A DNA stretch of 64,000 nt from the human T2T-CHM13v2.0 reference genome, Homo sapiens (GCF_009914755.1 NC_060926.1); one strand, 5' to 3'. Counted from the stretch's first letter, positions 1 through 13,975 are shown. Notes: generated by a model not told the origin, from the sequence alone. Made by a program: numbers and translations.

Positions 1-209
1 AAAGCACGATTTTCATCTGTAATAAGACAGTGTCAACCCCCTGGAAGATATTTATAACTGAAGCATTGCTTCTAGACATGCGGATTTAAGAGATTAGCAT
101 CAAGGTGGTCCCTGGGACAGATCACAGGTAGCACATAGGCTTAGAGAAAGCCATTTATAGGTTCTCTCATGGGTTCAAAATAACAGCAGTTGATAATCTA
201 GTAGCTAGT

Positions 210-530
<321 letters not shown>

Positions 531-1172
531 CTAGTTGTTTTTTGTTTTGTTTTGTTCTGTTTTTGTTTGTTTATTTGTTTTTTAACCATTCTTAATGATC
601 TGGTGCGGAATGGAGAATGGCGTCAAGGCTTAAACTAGCTAAATGAATGCTGTTGAGAATCGGGTTTAATAATATTTATATACTTATTTTTATTGACAAA
701 GGAAATTAACTTATCCTAAAGAAACATCGAAGGTGAGAGAGAATTGCACTGAGCCAAGCCTTCCTGGCATCTTTTATCTGGCACCTCTTTTACCTAGAGC
801 ATGGATGGCAAATCTTCATCTAAAGGGTTAACTCTAATCAATCAAACAATGTGTCGAGAAGGATCTTGAGGCACTGTCCTGTCTCTGTGGGAAAATGGAC
901 CATGGCCGATTCATGATACCTGTCATAGTTAGGTGTGAGAAGAGCAACAATACTCATGTGGTACATTCACCAACTCAGAGCAAAGGAAACTCATTTGGAG
1001 GGGTTAGAGGGATTTGTGATATGCTATTATGACTTTTCGATTGTTACAGACTTAAGCTGTTGGCTTTGTTGACCTAATTTCTCTGACTCAAAACCTTGTT
1101 TATAAAATCATAGGGAATGTGAAATGCCTTACAGCCTTGGGTAAATTAGGGTCAGTTTGAGACTGGGGTTGA

Positions 1173-1713
<541 letters not shown>

Positions 1714-1819
1714 CTGCATTCATGTTTTCATAAGGTGTCCCTCAGATGGGCTCTGAATATAGATCAAACCTACAGTCCTTGCGGGTTGAATGCAGAGCTC
1801 TCACAGGCAATGGAGTTGA

Positions 1820-1910
1820 TTTCTCATATTTCTTCACAATACCCTTAGAAGGTTCAGATGGACTCCCCATCTTATTGATAGAGAAATGGAAGCCTAGAGA
1901 ATTGAATATG
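1820..1910 (-). mobile_element. MIR fragment
   Basis: CCCCATCTTATTGATAGAGAAATGGAAGCCTAGAGA resembles the MIR core. Confidence 0.5.
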
Positions 1911-3119
1911 ATGTCATACAGTCTGTTAATCATACAACTCAGATATAAGCCCATGCCTTTTTCCCACCTCATGTGCTAACACTGGTGGAAGAGAAGGTCA
2001 AACAAGTCTTCGCAATGTATCCAGAGAAGTGAGGCTTTATTTTATTATGCGTCTGTCAAAGTCAAAGCACTTTTATTAAGTGCTGGGAAGAATTTTATAT
2101 ACTAATTAGAATGGTGTATGTGAGTGTGTGTGTGTTTGTGCATGTATGCACACTCATGTTGTGCATGTATACACACCCATGTTTGAATGAAAAGGGGTGA
2201 GAGGAAACATGTAGCAAATTGTTAGAGCTATTCCCTTGGTGGTAAAAATACTTCAAATGTTCATGCATTAGATATATCCTCATAGGCTTTTTCACAAAGT
2301 AACAGGATTTCTGACTCAATTTAAAATCTGTCCAGAGGATATTTATTATTGGTAATTTATAAAATGGATAGTAGAAGACAGGCTGATATATTAGTATACA
2401 ATTTACAACATTTTAGGGAAAACTATGGTATTTTCTATAGTATAGAAAGATAACATAGCCGCACACCTTTCAAACACTAGGTGCTCAAAAAAGTGTTTTG
2501 TTTTTGTTACTTGAACTATAGGTTTTTGCTGTATGATGCAAAGGGTATCACTTTGCAAAAATATTTGCATTTATGAGGATGCAAATGCCACATTTGTAAA
2601 AAAAAAATTAAATGCTAAATGCATCCAGGATACTGACTCATATATTACCATGGTTTTATAAAGCAAACAGTCATCTAAAATACATGCCATTATGAAAAAA
2701 ATACAGATGTTAAAAACCTCTATATTGTCTCCTGAGTACCAAATGCAGCTGGTATGGGCTTGAGAACCACAATTAGCAAGCTCTGGGTCTTTCTCTCCCT
2801 CTCCTGGGGTGCATTCCCCAACTTCCCTACAGATTGATGTACCCCCACTCTGGACTCTCCTTCAGCTTGGCACATCCTTCATTATGGAACTTACAGCACT
2901 GGATAAGAACATTCTCTTACTGCCCCATAAGACTCAGCTCTTTGCATGCACTATGTCTTGGTCATATTTTTTTTTCTTTGGCTCCAGAAAGACAAACATA
3001 TAAAAAATTTATTCTACATATGTCATCAGTATTTGTCACATGTATGAATGAGATCAGTGATCTTTACTCTATTTCAGGGCCCCAGGAGGCTATGTCATAA
3101 ACTGATCTAACCTCCAATG

Positions 3120-3538
3120 GAGGGTTTCTGACTGGGAGATATGGGGTATGGATGCTAACTGCAGTACACTCAAGTTATTGGAAATGTTGAGCTGGGCACC
3201 CAAGATGGCTTACTCGGTTGCATGAGGGTTTATTTGGCGGCTGAACGCTCAACCAGGATGTTGAATAATGGGCCTATGGCCTCTCCAGAGTAATGGTCTC
3301 AGGGCAGCTGGACTTCAGAAATGGTGGATGGCTTTCCCTAGAATGTCCCAAGGGGGCCAGGCAAAGTTTCATGGCCTTTTATGACCTAGCCTTGGAAGTC
3401 ATACTGTGCCCCTTCTGTATCTATCTGTGATCTATCCATTAAAGCAGTCCTAATTGTACCCAAGAGGAGGAGACAGACACCTCATCTATCACTAGGAGGA
3501 CTCTTTTTAAAAAGTGAGCCATGTTTTAAAACTACCAT
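3120..3538 (-). mobile_element. MaLR LTR (MLT1 family)
   Basis: CCAAGATGGCTTACTC, GGCCTTTTATGACCTAGCCTTGGAAGTCA and terminal AAAACTACCA are typical of antisense MLT1. Confidence 0.7.
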
Positions 3539-4959
3539 TGTCTCATCTTCTCAAAATCAGTTATTTCTACTATCTTTTTAAATTTTAGTTGTAATAGCTT
3601 ATCACTATTTTGTTGGTTTCCCATTTTTTAAGCTTCCCCAAAGTACCACAAGGGGTAACTCTTTTAATATTTTCCTTGACAGATGCGTATTAAGTGTCCA
3701 CTACATATCACCAGGATTTTGCAAGAATTTTGTCACACTAAATAAATAATTACAGTGAACCGCAAGTTACCATTAAATCATTATCAGTAATCACTATCTA
3801 AATCAAGAGTACATTTCCCTACTCCCACATCATAAATTCTTGAGTCTCCTATTATTTTCTTCTCTTGAACTCCTGATGCCATTTTTTTTCTGAATTTGTC
3901 CAGAATAGGGTCATGCTTTATAATAGCAGCATAAGAAGCACCATTCATATTTGACTTTGTGTTGTACCATCAGGATCGAGGGCTTAGAAATATATCTGAG
4001 TGAAATTTCATGAAAACAGGCCATTGAAAAAAAATGTGCATTGTCAATCTTTGGGAAACAATAGAATAGAAATAAAGATGGCATATTTTTTCAGTTTAAT
4101 CAACCTCGACAGTCACTATTGTGGCTGCCGAAGCGGGTTTGATTGCCAGTTGTTAAATGAGCCTGCATCCCGAAAAGTGAGAGTAGATCACTCAGCAGAG
4201 CATCAGACAGATGATATTTGCTTTAAAGAGAGATTAAACCAGTTCCGCAAAGGCCAGTGTCCCACTGCTTCCCCAAGGCAGCAAGTAGAATCTGCCCTTT
4301 CCTCTGCATTCTTATTTCCAAGACTTTTGCAGAATAAAACAAGTTCCATCATCAGTCCCTTGTCCACAAATGTAAAGACAGTGATAACACAAGGAAGATT
4401 TGAGAGCAATTGAGGAAGTTGCTGAGAAGTGTGCCATGCCTCTCCTGAACTGGGTTGACCTTGATGCCATCAATTGTTTCTGGAAAATTCTCTGGTCACC
4501 AGCCCAAGAGAGGTTAAATGCCCAAAAATGCCTTTATTAACTCACTCAGACTCTGGAGGTATATATGTCTCCATCCACAGGAAAAATAAGTGACGAAGAC
4601 TCTATTTATAGGCTCTCAGTAGATGAGACCTACTATCTAGTATAATTGAAAAGAGGACAAAGGTAAGTATCCCCCCAAATAGCTCTCTTCCTCCTGCCTG
4701 GATCCAGTTTTTCACATTAGAATTACTGATGGCTGAGAGCTGTGGTGTTCAAACTTTTTTTACAGAACTCTATGTTCAAACAATATCTTAATTGGAAACC
4801 CATTATAAAAAGCAGCTACTTGTTCTAGCAGAAGATGGAGGAACCATTCAGAACCACTCACCTCCAGGCGATCAAGAGTGCCTCAGCAACCAAGGACTAG
4901 GATTTGTCCACCAAAGGACTCGAAGAAGATGCTCTCATTGTTTTGTCAGTTGAGCAATT

Positions 4960-5140
4960 CAGTAATAGCTGCACTTTACAGGATGTACATTTTCTGCCAG
5001 AAACTTTGCCTAATTTTTAGTTCTCATAACCAACATGTACTCTAGGTATTATTAACACCATTTTATAAGGAAGCTGTAGCTCAAGAAAGATTAATAATTT
5101 GCCCAGGTTAAGAGGTATAGCACGGATTCAAATCTAGATC
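4960..5140 (-). mobile_element. MIR
   Basis: AGGTATTATT...CCATTTTATAAGGAAGCTGTAGCTCAAGAAAGATTAATAATTTGCCCAGGT...GGATTCAAATCTAG. Confidence 0.7.
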
Positions 5141-5149
5141 AGCTGGATA

Positions 5150-5320
5150 ATTATTTTTGTGGAATGTTATCCTATGCATGTAGGATGTTTAGCAGCTTCC
5201 CTGACCTCTACCCTCTAGATGCCAGTGGCACTGCTACCCCCAGTTGCGATACCTGAAAACATCTCCAGACATTGCCAGATGTCCCCTGGGGTAAAATCAG
5301 CCCTGGTTGAAAATCTCTGG
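5150..5320 (+). mobile_element. MER20 (hAT-Charlie MITE) fragment
   Basis: GTAGGATGTTTAGCAGC...CTAGATGCCAGTGGCAC...CTCCAGACATTGCCAGATGTCCCCTGGGG...GGTTGAAAATCTCTG. Confidence 0.85.
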
Positions 5321-5407
5321 CCTAGACCTTGTCCAGAGCTGTAGGGATTCATTACCTCTCCTAAATAAAGTAACTTCAGTTCCTTTAGGCAATTTAATTC
5401 TGCAGGC

Positions 5408-5616
5408 TTACACTGTCCAATCCAGTAGTCTCTAGCCACATGTAATTATTTAAATTTAAATCAATTAAAACTACACAAAATTAAAATATTAGTCCATCAG
5501 TCACACTTACCACATATCAATCTGTTGTCCGTAGTCCAGAACCTAGAGGCTACCGTATGGGACAGAGCAGAATAGAATATTTCCATTATGACACTAAGTA
5601 CTATAGGAGAGCACTG
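5408..5616 (-). mobile_element. MER3-like hAT MITE
   Basis: CTGTCCAAT..GTAG..CTAGCCACATGT, AT-rich core, GGCTACCGTATGGGACAG, terminal GGAGAGCACTG. Confidence 0.8.
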
Positions 5617-6316
5617 ATGTAGGCAAAACTCTGCTAACACACAAGTGAATATCTGGTATTTGGAAGTGGGAGATTCATCCCTTATGATTCCTTAGGGGGT
5701 TAGGGAAGAAGACAGTCCCTGAAGAACTTGCTGTGCTGACTCTGCTGACAATCAGCAAGCCTCCCCTCCTTGGATATTCTCCAGTGTATGCAGGAAGAGA
5801 GCAGCCTACATGGGCTCAGTGTCTGCCCATGACCTTCATGAATGCAGAAAAATTGCAGAGACCCTTTTGAAGGGAAACTACAGACCTGTTAATTTCTTCA
5901 TAAAGGTCAAAGATAAGCAGATTTGCTACCCACAGGGGAAGGATTCAGGGTAAGGAATCCTGGGTCTGACTAGAATCGGGGAAAATTAGCAAGTAAGAGA
6001 GCTTGAAAAGTGGTTGAAAAGAATATAAGAACACACATAGAAGACAATTTCCCAGGTCAAATTTGAAACGTGAGGGACAACAACCAGATGCAGGAGCGTG
6101 AGCAATCATGTAGTCCTCACAATTTGTTACAGATATGTGCCTTTCATCTTATCCTACAAATAATAGGGGGTCACTGAAAATTCATGTTTGTGTGTTTTAT
6201 TGCCCCTATGGCACAAAGACATTTCATTAACAGTAGAGCCCTATGTTATAACCAAAGAGGAGGCCGCTATGGGTCACTTGATGAAAATAATGGTTTAAAG
6301 ACAGTTGTAAAGAAAA

Positions 6317-6521
6317 TAGGATCACCAGATTTAACAAATTAAACAACAACAACAACAACAACAGAGTATCCAGTTAAATTTTGAATGTCATATAAACAAC
6401 AAATGATTTTTAGTATAAGTAGATTCCATGCAATGTTTGGAATCTACTTATACTAAAATATTTGCTGTTTATCTGAAAATTAAATTTAATTGAGAGACAT
6501 GTATATTATTTGGCGGCCTTA
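6317..6521. mobile_element. MER53 palindromic hAT MITE (miR-1302 progenitor family)
   Basis: About 200-bp imperfect palindrome with CCAGTTAAATTTTGAAT, TAGTATAAGTA...TACTTATACTA and a perfect central 21-bp stem; internal (AAC)n at about 6342-6363. Confidence 0.85.
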
Positions 6522-6759
6522 AGAGAAAGTGGAAGACTTGCAGAGGAAATGTACATCTTCAGGCAGTGAGAAGGGAGGGGCAGTGATGATAGAAAGGAAA
6601 GTGCATTTAATTTAATGAATATAAAGTCTTTAATTGGGATAAGGGAAGTCTGAAGACACAAGAGAAACGTGATTTTTGCTTATTTCCTATCAGAGCTGAG
6701 AAAATGAGAGTCAGCATAATTCTCAGGTACACTTGGTTATAACCAAAGCCAGGAAGTTC

Positions 6760-7300
6760 AGTTCAATGAATGTATTGAGTGACTCTTGTATAGCAAATAT
6801 ATGATGCCATACACTGGAGAACTGAAATTGTGAAGGCAAAATCACTGCCCCAGAGTAACTTGCTATCTTGTGAAGGAATCACACAATGCAAATTGACATT
6901 GGGGATAAACTGGCGTATAAGTGAATCTAAAGCTATGCACAATAAATATGCAGGAGGGAACCATTAGTTCTGCTAGGGGTCAGTAGAACTAATGGGAAGT
7001 TCTACTGTGTAGGTGAAGGAAAGGAAGACTGTGTAGGTGAAGTGATGCTGAAGCTAGACTTTCAGGAATGCAGGCAAGAGTGCACAGCAAGACTTGTGAA
7101 GGAACAGGTGTGATCAGGAACCTGGCCAGTGGTCAGTGATGGTAGGAATCTGGGGTGCAGACAGGTGGGCAGGAAGATTGAAATATGGTTAAAAGACAGG
7201 CTGGGGCTGGAACCAAGTCATTAGGGGCTACAGTCTAGGGGCAAAGAGGAGGCATTCGAGCAGGGAAGTAGCAAGATCTAATCTGTAATTTAAAATAGTA
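6760..7300 (-). mobile_element. L2 fragment
   Basis: TTCAATGAATGTATTGAGTG (antisense L2 3' end) followed by purine-rich antisense L2 body. Confidence 0.6.
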
Positions 7301-7439
7301 ACAATAGAACATTAAATGGCAGTATATTTAAAATATTTTGAAATTGTAGGATGAAACTTTGTAGTTAAATATCTTCTTAATATCTCTTTAAAATCATTTC
7401 ATTTTTGGCCAGTTTATGTGTCATTCATGAGGGGAGCAA

Positions 7440-7660
7440 CAGAGAATAACAGTTAAGACCATGTGCATTGGGTCAGTTGATGCTGGAATTGAATCTTGGC
7501 TCTGCGACCCTGAAGTCATCAGTTTAACATTTGACATCAACCGTCATCTGAAAGACGGCAGAACAACAGTCCCCATACCCCATAGGGATGTGTGAGTTTT
7601 AAATAATATAACAAACACATAAAATGCCTGACACAGTGCTCAACAAGTAAAAATTATCAT
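7440..7660 (+). mobile_element. MIR
   Basis: GAATCTTGGCTCTGC...CATCTGAAA...CATAGGGATGTGTGAG...GCCTGACACAGTGCTCAACAA. Confidence 0.65.
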
Positions 7661-8906
7661 ACATTTTGATAGAAATAATGAATTCATTTATTTCACATTT
7701 TTACCTGGAGCTCATGCACCTAGCTGGCTAATTTAGGACCTCCAACCCCCTTGAACATTGTGAACTCAGCTGTTCATAGGAACCCAGGAACCTCTTCACA
7801 CATGTTCACATCCAGTTCACTCATGGCCGGTGCTGCCTTTGCCAGGCACCAGGTTTTGTGGCACCATTTCTTCTGGCATCAGAATGTCTGCTGCTCCACT
7901 GGGCATGGGAGGCTCCCTGGCTTCTGCTGAGGGCACTTCTGTATTCATGGCCCCCCAGGACTCCTGAAGCTGTACTATTGTCTTTGCTAGTAGTTTTGTT
8001 TCTAGTGTGTTCCAGAGTTTAATGAAATTGCTCTTTTTGAATTTTTTTTCCAATTCTGCTCTTTATATAACCCAGACATGTGTCTGTTAGGAGCTTGGCA
8101 GAAAAAGAACCAAGCTGTCTCCAGAATTGCCCCTCCCCTCTAAAGACCAACCTGCTGAGGGGTTTTGGCTTGCGGCCTATAGGACTCTCAGTCACCTGCT
8201 ACCAGGAGCGATGTCTCTCCTGCCATGCCCTCTCCTTCCTCTTCCCACCACCCCAACACACTAAGATAGAGTAGGGATCATGGATCCAGTATGACTTCCC
8301 TTTATAAGCTGATGCTGCCCATTCGAGTTACCTATTGACAAGCCATTTGTCCCTAAATAGCTACATCAGAGTATTACCACACAGGGTGTATGGTGATGTG
8401 GGGAGGCCGAGTCACATTTTTAAAACCTAGTTGCACACCTCTCTACCACCCTCCTAAACTATGGAGCCACAACATATTCATTACAGGGTGAGGCTGCACT
8501 AAGTCCAAGTATGAGCAGGGCTGCCCTGTATTTGTTTCACTTACTGAGTCAGCGTGTTCCTTCCTTTTTCTTAGAGACTCAACAGACTCGGGGTCTGTGG
8601 CTTCCAGCTGACCGGTAAATCACAGACATATGTGGCTAATCATTTTCCCCTTGCAGTGTATTTACAAAGTCAGCGTGCCACATGTCCCTTGCATTGTGCT
8701 CCCAGCTACCAGGCTATCTGTGCCATCTGTTGAGATAGCGGGCCCTTGCTTCACAGTGCTGGGTGTATGAGAAGTCAGTACAGATTGGCCAGCAACCTGA
8801 GCAAGAGTAAACAGACCCCTGCGGGGAGAGGCCAACAGGTTTCCAAATCATAGTGACCCTGATGAGTACAAGCCATAGACCCAAACCCTAACTGAAGAGA
8901 ACATTG

Positions 8907-9241
8907 TTATTTGTTTATTTATTTATTTATTTTTGAGGTGGGGTCTCACCCTGTCACCCAGGCTGCAGTGCAGTGGTACAATCACGGCTCACTGCAGCGT
9001 CAACTTCCAGGGATCAAGCAATCCTCCTGCCTCAGCTTCATCCTCTCACCTCAGGCCTTTAGCTGGGATTACAGGCATGTACCACCAAAGCAAACTAATT
9101 TTTTTATTTTTTGTTTTTCATAGCGATGGAGTCTCACTATGTTGCCCAGGCTGTTCTAGAACTCTTGGGCTCAAGCGATTCTCCTGCCTCCTCAGCTTCC
9201 CCAAGTGCTAAGATTACAGGCGTGAGCCATGACACCTAGCC
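8907..9241 (-). mobile_element. AluJ-like
   Basis: GGGTCTCAC...ATCACGGCTCACTGCAGC, CACTATGTTGCCCAGGCTG, GGGCTCAAGCGAT (J-type features); (TTTA)n tail. Confidence 0.92.
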
Positions 9242-11569
9242 GAGACTTCTGTATAGAGAATGTGACCCATTAGTAGTTTTTTATGAGGGCGGTATAATGT
9301 TACCATGAAATACTATTCACAATTGTTCTAGAAACAAAGGGATTTTGTAAAGAGTGCCAACTAGCAATGTTTGGGAATCTTATGAGAATATTTAGGATCT
9401 CATAGGATTGTCACTGGTAATTATTCCTCTAGTCATGAGAACGTCTCTATTTTGAGGTTAAATGTGTTGTTTCGCAGTTGTTGGATGGAACTCTTACGTC
9501 ATTCACATAATGGTGCATCCAATTCTTCTTTTCTGAATTCTGTTGTATTGTGTATCATTTCAAAGGAAAAATAATGGTTGGAACATGTTTCCTATGGTTT
9601 CTAAACACATGTAGATTCAAGCAAATAATAGCAATATGGACTTAGGTAAATCTTACTCTGCCAGATAGATCATACTTTAAGTGTGAAAGCATATTGTTTA
9701 TCCTTTAGAAAAGTGAATAATAATTTTTGCTGCGAAGTGGTATACCAGCACATTTGTCTATAAATTTACATTCTTGGATATTAGCAAAATTGCAAGGGAA
9801 TAACAGGCTGGATCCCAAAATCAATTTGAAAAACAGCAACAATGAAAAATCAGGGCTAGTTTAGATAATGAAGCAGTGAAGGGAGTTGATAGGAAGAAAA
9901 GGAACTCTTTTTCCCCCCCACAGAGGCCATTGCTCATGCCATTTTCTTGCCCTGAAGAATTCCTGAGGAAAATGAAAAGACAATGGCTGCATTTCAAGCG
10001 AAGCCCAGGCCTGGGTGTGCTGCTCCTCAAGAATAAGATGTGCAGAAAAGTGCCCTTTCCATGGGAGCAATGCCATGTCTCTGATGTCCCCCAGCACAAA
10101 GATGCAAAAGTACTCTCGTCATTTTCTTTTTGGTTTATTGAAAATTTCATTTTGTTGCAGTGCCCGTTTCCCCTAAACAAAACTGTGTTCAACTAATTCT
10201 ATTTCTAAGACAAGTGGGTGTTTTAAGTAGTTGATGTAGCTTCTTGATTTTAAGGACAACACGGATACATCAAGGGTAGAGAAAGGTATTCAATTAGAAT
10301 GTGACCTTTAACAGCATAGACTCACAAAGTGTTTGACTTGTTTGGGACTTTAAATATGATCTGAAATACTAACATTTTCAAAAAAAGAAACTATGTTGAG
10401 AGAGTTGTGGACATTTATCCCAAACTCATTACCTTGTGTATGAAACAACAGTAATAAACTAGATAATAGATACAGCTACATACATTTAGCCATGTGTCCT
10501 TCTGTATATCTCAAGTAATTAATGATGATGACAGCTTTCTTCATTAGAACACATGGCTTGCCCAGCCACATGCACATATACAAAAGTGTGTATGATACAG
10601 GTATTATGCATCTTAGATGTCATATAGCTACTAATTCAAGCCATATTGCATTCCTATATCAAATAAGGCAACCCACATTTCACTCTGTGATTTGTTGCTG
10701 CTGATTTATCAATTTAGTAGATATGAGTTCATTTGCCAGTTGAAATTGCAGATTGCAATGCATGCATTTGAAAACTTTCTATAAAATGAAATTGGTATAG
10801 TGTGTTGGTGAAGCTCTTCTTACTTCAAATAGAGTAAAACTTAAGTGTATATTTTTAAACAATTTTCTTAAAACCAGGTACATTTAGTAACTGAAGTAGT
10901 GTAACTATGAATTATCATCCGTAGAAGTCTTTGTTGACCTAACTCCTCAGGTGGAAAGGATTTGAAACAGATAGAAGCAGTTTGCATAAAAGAAATGAAC
11001 AGTTTGCTCTGACCATTTGAGACAAACGTCCTTTCATAAGAATCCAAACTCAAGGAAGCAGCTTCGGAGGTGTCCTTATAAGTACAGATGGGAGAGAGGA
11101 TCTATATAGCTTTTGGGTGTGCACACCTAATAGAGCTGAACTAAATAATGTCGGGTAGATTTTGACTTTATATCTTTTTCTTTTTTGTCATCATTTCCAT
11201 TTTTTCCTGCTTCATTTGTTCCTTATGTCTTTGGTGATGCATGAGTAGTATTTTAGGATTATGCCTATCAAAGATTTTTTAAAGTTTTAATTTCAGTATT
11301 TTCTTTACTTTGACATACATTCAATTTGTTACCACAGACTTCAGCGGAAGTTAGGACTTGTCTTTATGGCCTATCTTTATACTCGGAAGCAAATTATTCA
11401 TCACGTACACTTATTCTAGCTTTTCCTGTTTGGGTAAGTGTCCATTTGTCCTTAGTTCCAGCCAACATTTCCAGGGGAGTTTCAAGGTGACTTCTTCCAG
11501 TTAGATATGTTCAAAAAGTGGCCCCAAGATGGTTGTGTACATGCATGAAAATGCAGGTAAATAATGGCA

Positions 11570-11730
11570 ACACAACTTTATAGTTGAGCAATCCTCAGTA
11601 GTTTACTAAGTAAATATCTCTATCATATGAGATCTGTTATCATTCCCGTTTTACAAATGAGGAAAACTGAGACGTCAAGTAATTTTGTTACGTGGTGTAA
11701 TTAGGACTTAAGGCCATTTGTCCTTTCTCC
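11570..11730 (-). mobile_element. MIR fragment
   Basis: TTATCATTCCCGTTTTACAAATGAGGAAAACTGAG core. Confidence 0.65.
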
Positions 11731-13244
11731 AGACTAAGTGACATGGACTATGGACTAATGACGCCTTTCATTATCATTGTTCTGCCTCTTTCAAACTGTC
11801 AACAGTGCAAAGGTGTCACTTCCAAACCTTGTTAAAATGCAGTTTCTGATTCTGTCTCAGGTCTGGGATTATGCACTTCTAGCAAACTCCTAGCCCTTGA
11901 TGCCTGAAATTCCACACTTACAACCTCCCTGAATGCTGGTCCACTGAACACACATTGAATCATAAGGCTTTTAACAATCTTCTGTTCACACAGTGAGGTA
12001 GCATAGCACATTCTCTGGAATTTCATTACATTTTCCAGTCTTTATTTTTTCAGTGTGGTTAACTGTCATTTCTTAGCAAATTTGTATGTAGATATGAAAG
12101 CATGCATCTTCATACGTACGTTTTAAATCTTAAGAAATATTTGAATTGTAATCAGTATCAATAAACAGAAATCATTTTGTTTACAAGTATTCATTTTACA
12201 GAGTAGCACAACAGGGATAAGTTTAGTTAAGTGAACCATACAGTGGGCAAACAGTGCTCTGCAAAGCTTTGCCCCCCTTGTGGCTGCAAACTAGAGGCAT
12301 AAAGAAAATAAAAAGTACCTATTCACTCTTTACGTTGTATGCCACTGCTCAGTTTATGAAATCAGATGGGGGTTTGATTGATTCTGAGGGCCCGACCTTG
12401 CTGGCTGTGTCCTAAGTGGTTGGGCGTTAAGCTTTAAGCCTCTAGGGAGCCATTTACTTAATTGAAATAAAAACAACTCCAGCGGGTTTGTGTTAGCATT
12501 TGCTTTAGTCACAATTCTGAGAGACCCTAAACTAGGAGGTCAAAACTATGTAGGAGTGATTCTGAGAGCAGCTTAAGCTCAAGGAGGTTGTTACAGAGTG
12601 AATTGTACAGAGAGTGAAAATTCCAGAAACACTGTGACTCCTTAACCCTGCAGCCATGCCGCAATTTGCCTGTTGTACACTCATGCCTTTGGCATTATTT
12701 CTTGGCCTGGAGGAACAGGATGGCAAGGTTAATTGCAAAGGTGGAGTGTTGGGTGCCAGGCAGGGGTAGGATGAATATGTGGTTTCTGGAGCACAGCCAA
12801 GTCTACTGGTCCCACCTCTCCACCCCTTAGGCATAAGGACTAGTGGGCAGGTTTAATTAATATCGCAAGGAGATGTGGGAACCAGAGAACTTGCTGCCCT
12901 AGGAAGGGAGAAAAGGGACTTTGCAAAAGTGGAGGACCTGAGGCTCTGACCCTTAGTCTTCTGTTGCCAGGGTTGAGGTATACTGGTAGCAGAAGAGATT
13001 ACCTGTTATCTGGCAATAGTGGCTTTTTACTGAAGTACCTGAGGTGAGGTAGGTGGGGTACTGTAAATCTCTCCTAAACATGGCTCACCTGAAATATCTT
13101 ATTTTTTAGTTTCCCATCTTAATAGGGTGAAGAGAGTGGAGGGGGTGAGTGGGAAGAATGGTGCTATTTTTATAATATCTAAAATTAAATTAAACTGTAC
13201 TTTTATAATTTATGACCCTGATTTTTGGTACTTTTGACATTTCT

Positions 13245-13524
13245 TTTGTTGTTATTTTTCGAGACAAGGTCTCACTCTGTGGTCCAGGCTGGAGTGCAGT
13301 GATGGGATCCTAGTTCGAACTGCAACCTCGAACTCTGGACTCAAGGGATCCTTCTGCCCCACCTCTCAAATAGCTGCGACTACAGGCGCACACCACCATG
13401 CTCAGCTCACTTCTTTTCATTTTTTTAAGAGATGGGGTCTCACTATGTTGTCCAGGCTGGCCTCGAGCTCCTAGCCCCAAAGGATCATCCCAACTTTGCC
13501 TCCCTAAGTACTGGGATTACAGGC
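13245..13524 (-). mobile_element. AluJ-like, slightly 5'-truncated, with TSD
   Basis: Alu body ending CTGGGATTACAGGC; TSD ACTTTTGACAT at 13230-13240 and 13525-13535. Confidence 0.9.
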
Positions 13525-13654
13525 ACTTTTGACATGTCTGTTCCATCTCTAACAGCTTAAATTCTGTCTACATGGTAATGACTTTGCTTGTGTTGGGAGC
13601 ATGTACATTTCAACTCTTCAGTTTCTAATCCCTTGCCCTCCCCAGCAATCATAC

Positions 13655-13975
13655 TAGAAGTTGAGAGTAGCTAGCCAGTGGGCCGAATCTTGACTGAAAC
13701 CACATATTATTGGACCCACGAAGTTGATTATTATTATTATTTTAGTTGCTAAAATTTAAAAATTGAGCACTTTCATATAATAATCCAGATTTCCAATGAC
13801 TCTTAAAAACTTGGAGACTCCTCTTTCTGGGGCCTGCCTTGCTGTGTAGCTGCCCATAGCTGGGACTGCAGAGCTGCACTCGTCTTTAGGCTGAGAGTAC
13901 ACTCTCCAGTTTGCCAGTCTTAACCACTCATCAGCTTGGTCCTCTGCTCTCACCTGCATTTGAGTTTGTGACCCC
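13655..13975. mobile_element. hAT-Charlie MITE (MER102-like)
   Basis: Ends GCCAGTGGGCCGAATC and GCATTTGAGTTTGTGACCCCT. Confidence 0.6.

Noticed and set aside
9821-10196. Three overlapping ORFs of 78-123 aa
   Set aside because: No recognisable domain or exon structure; length compatible with chance
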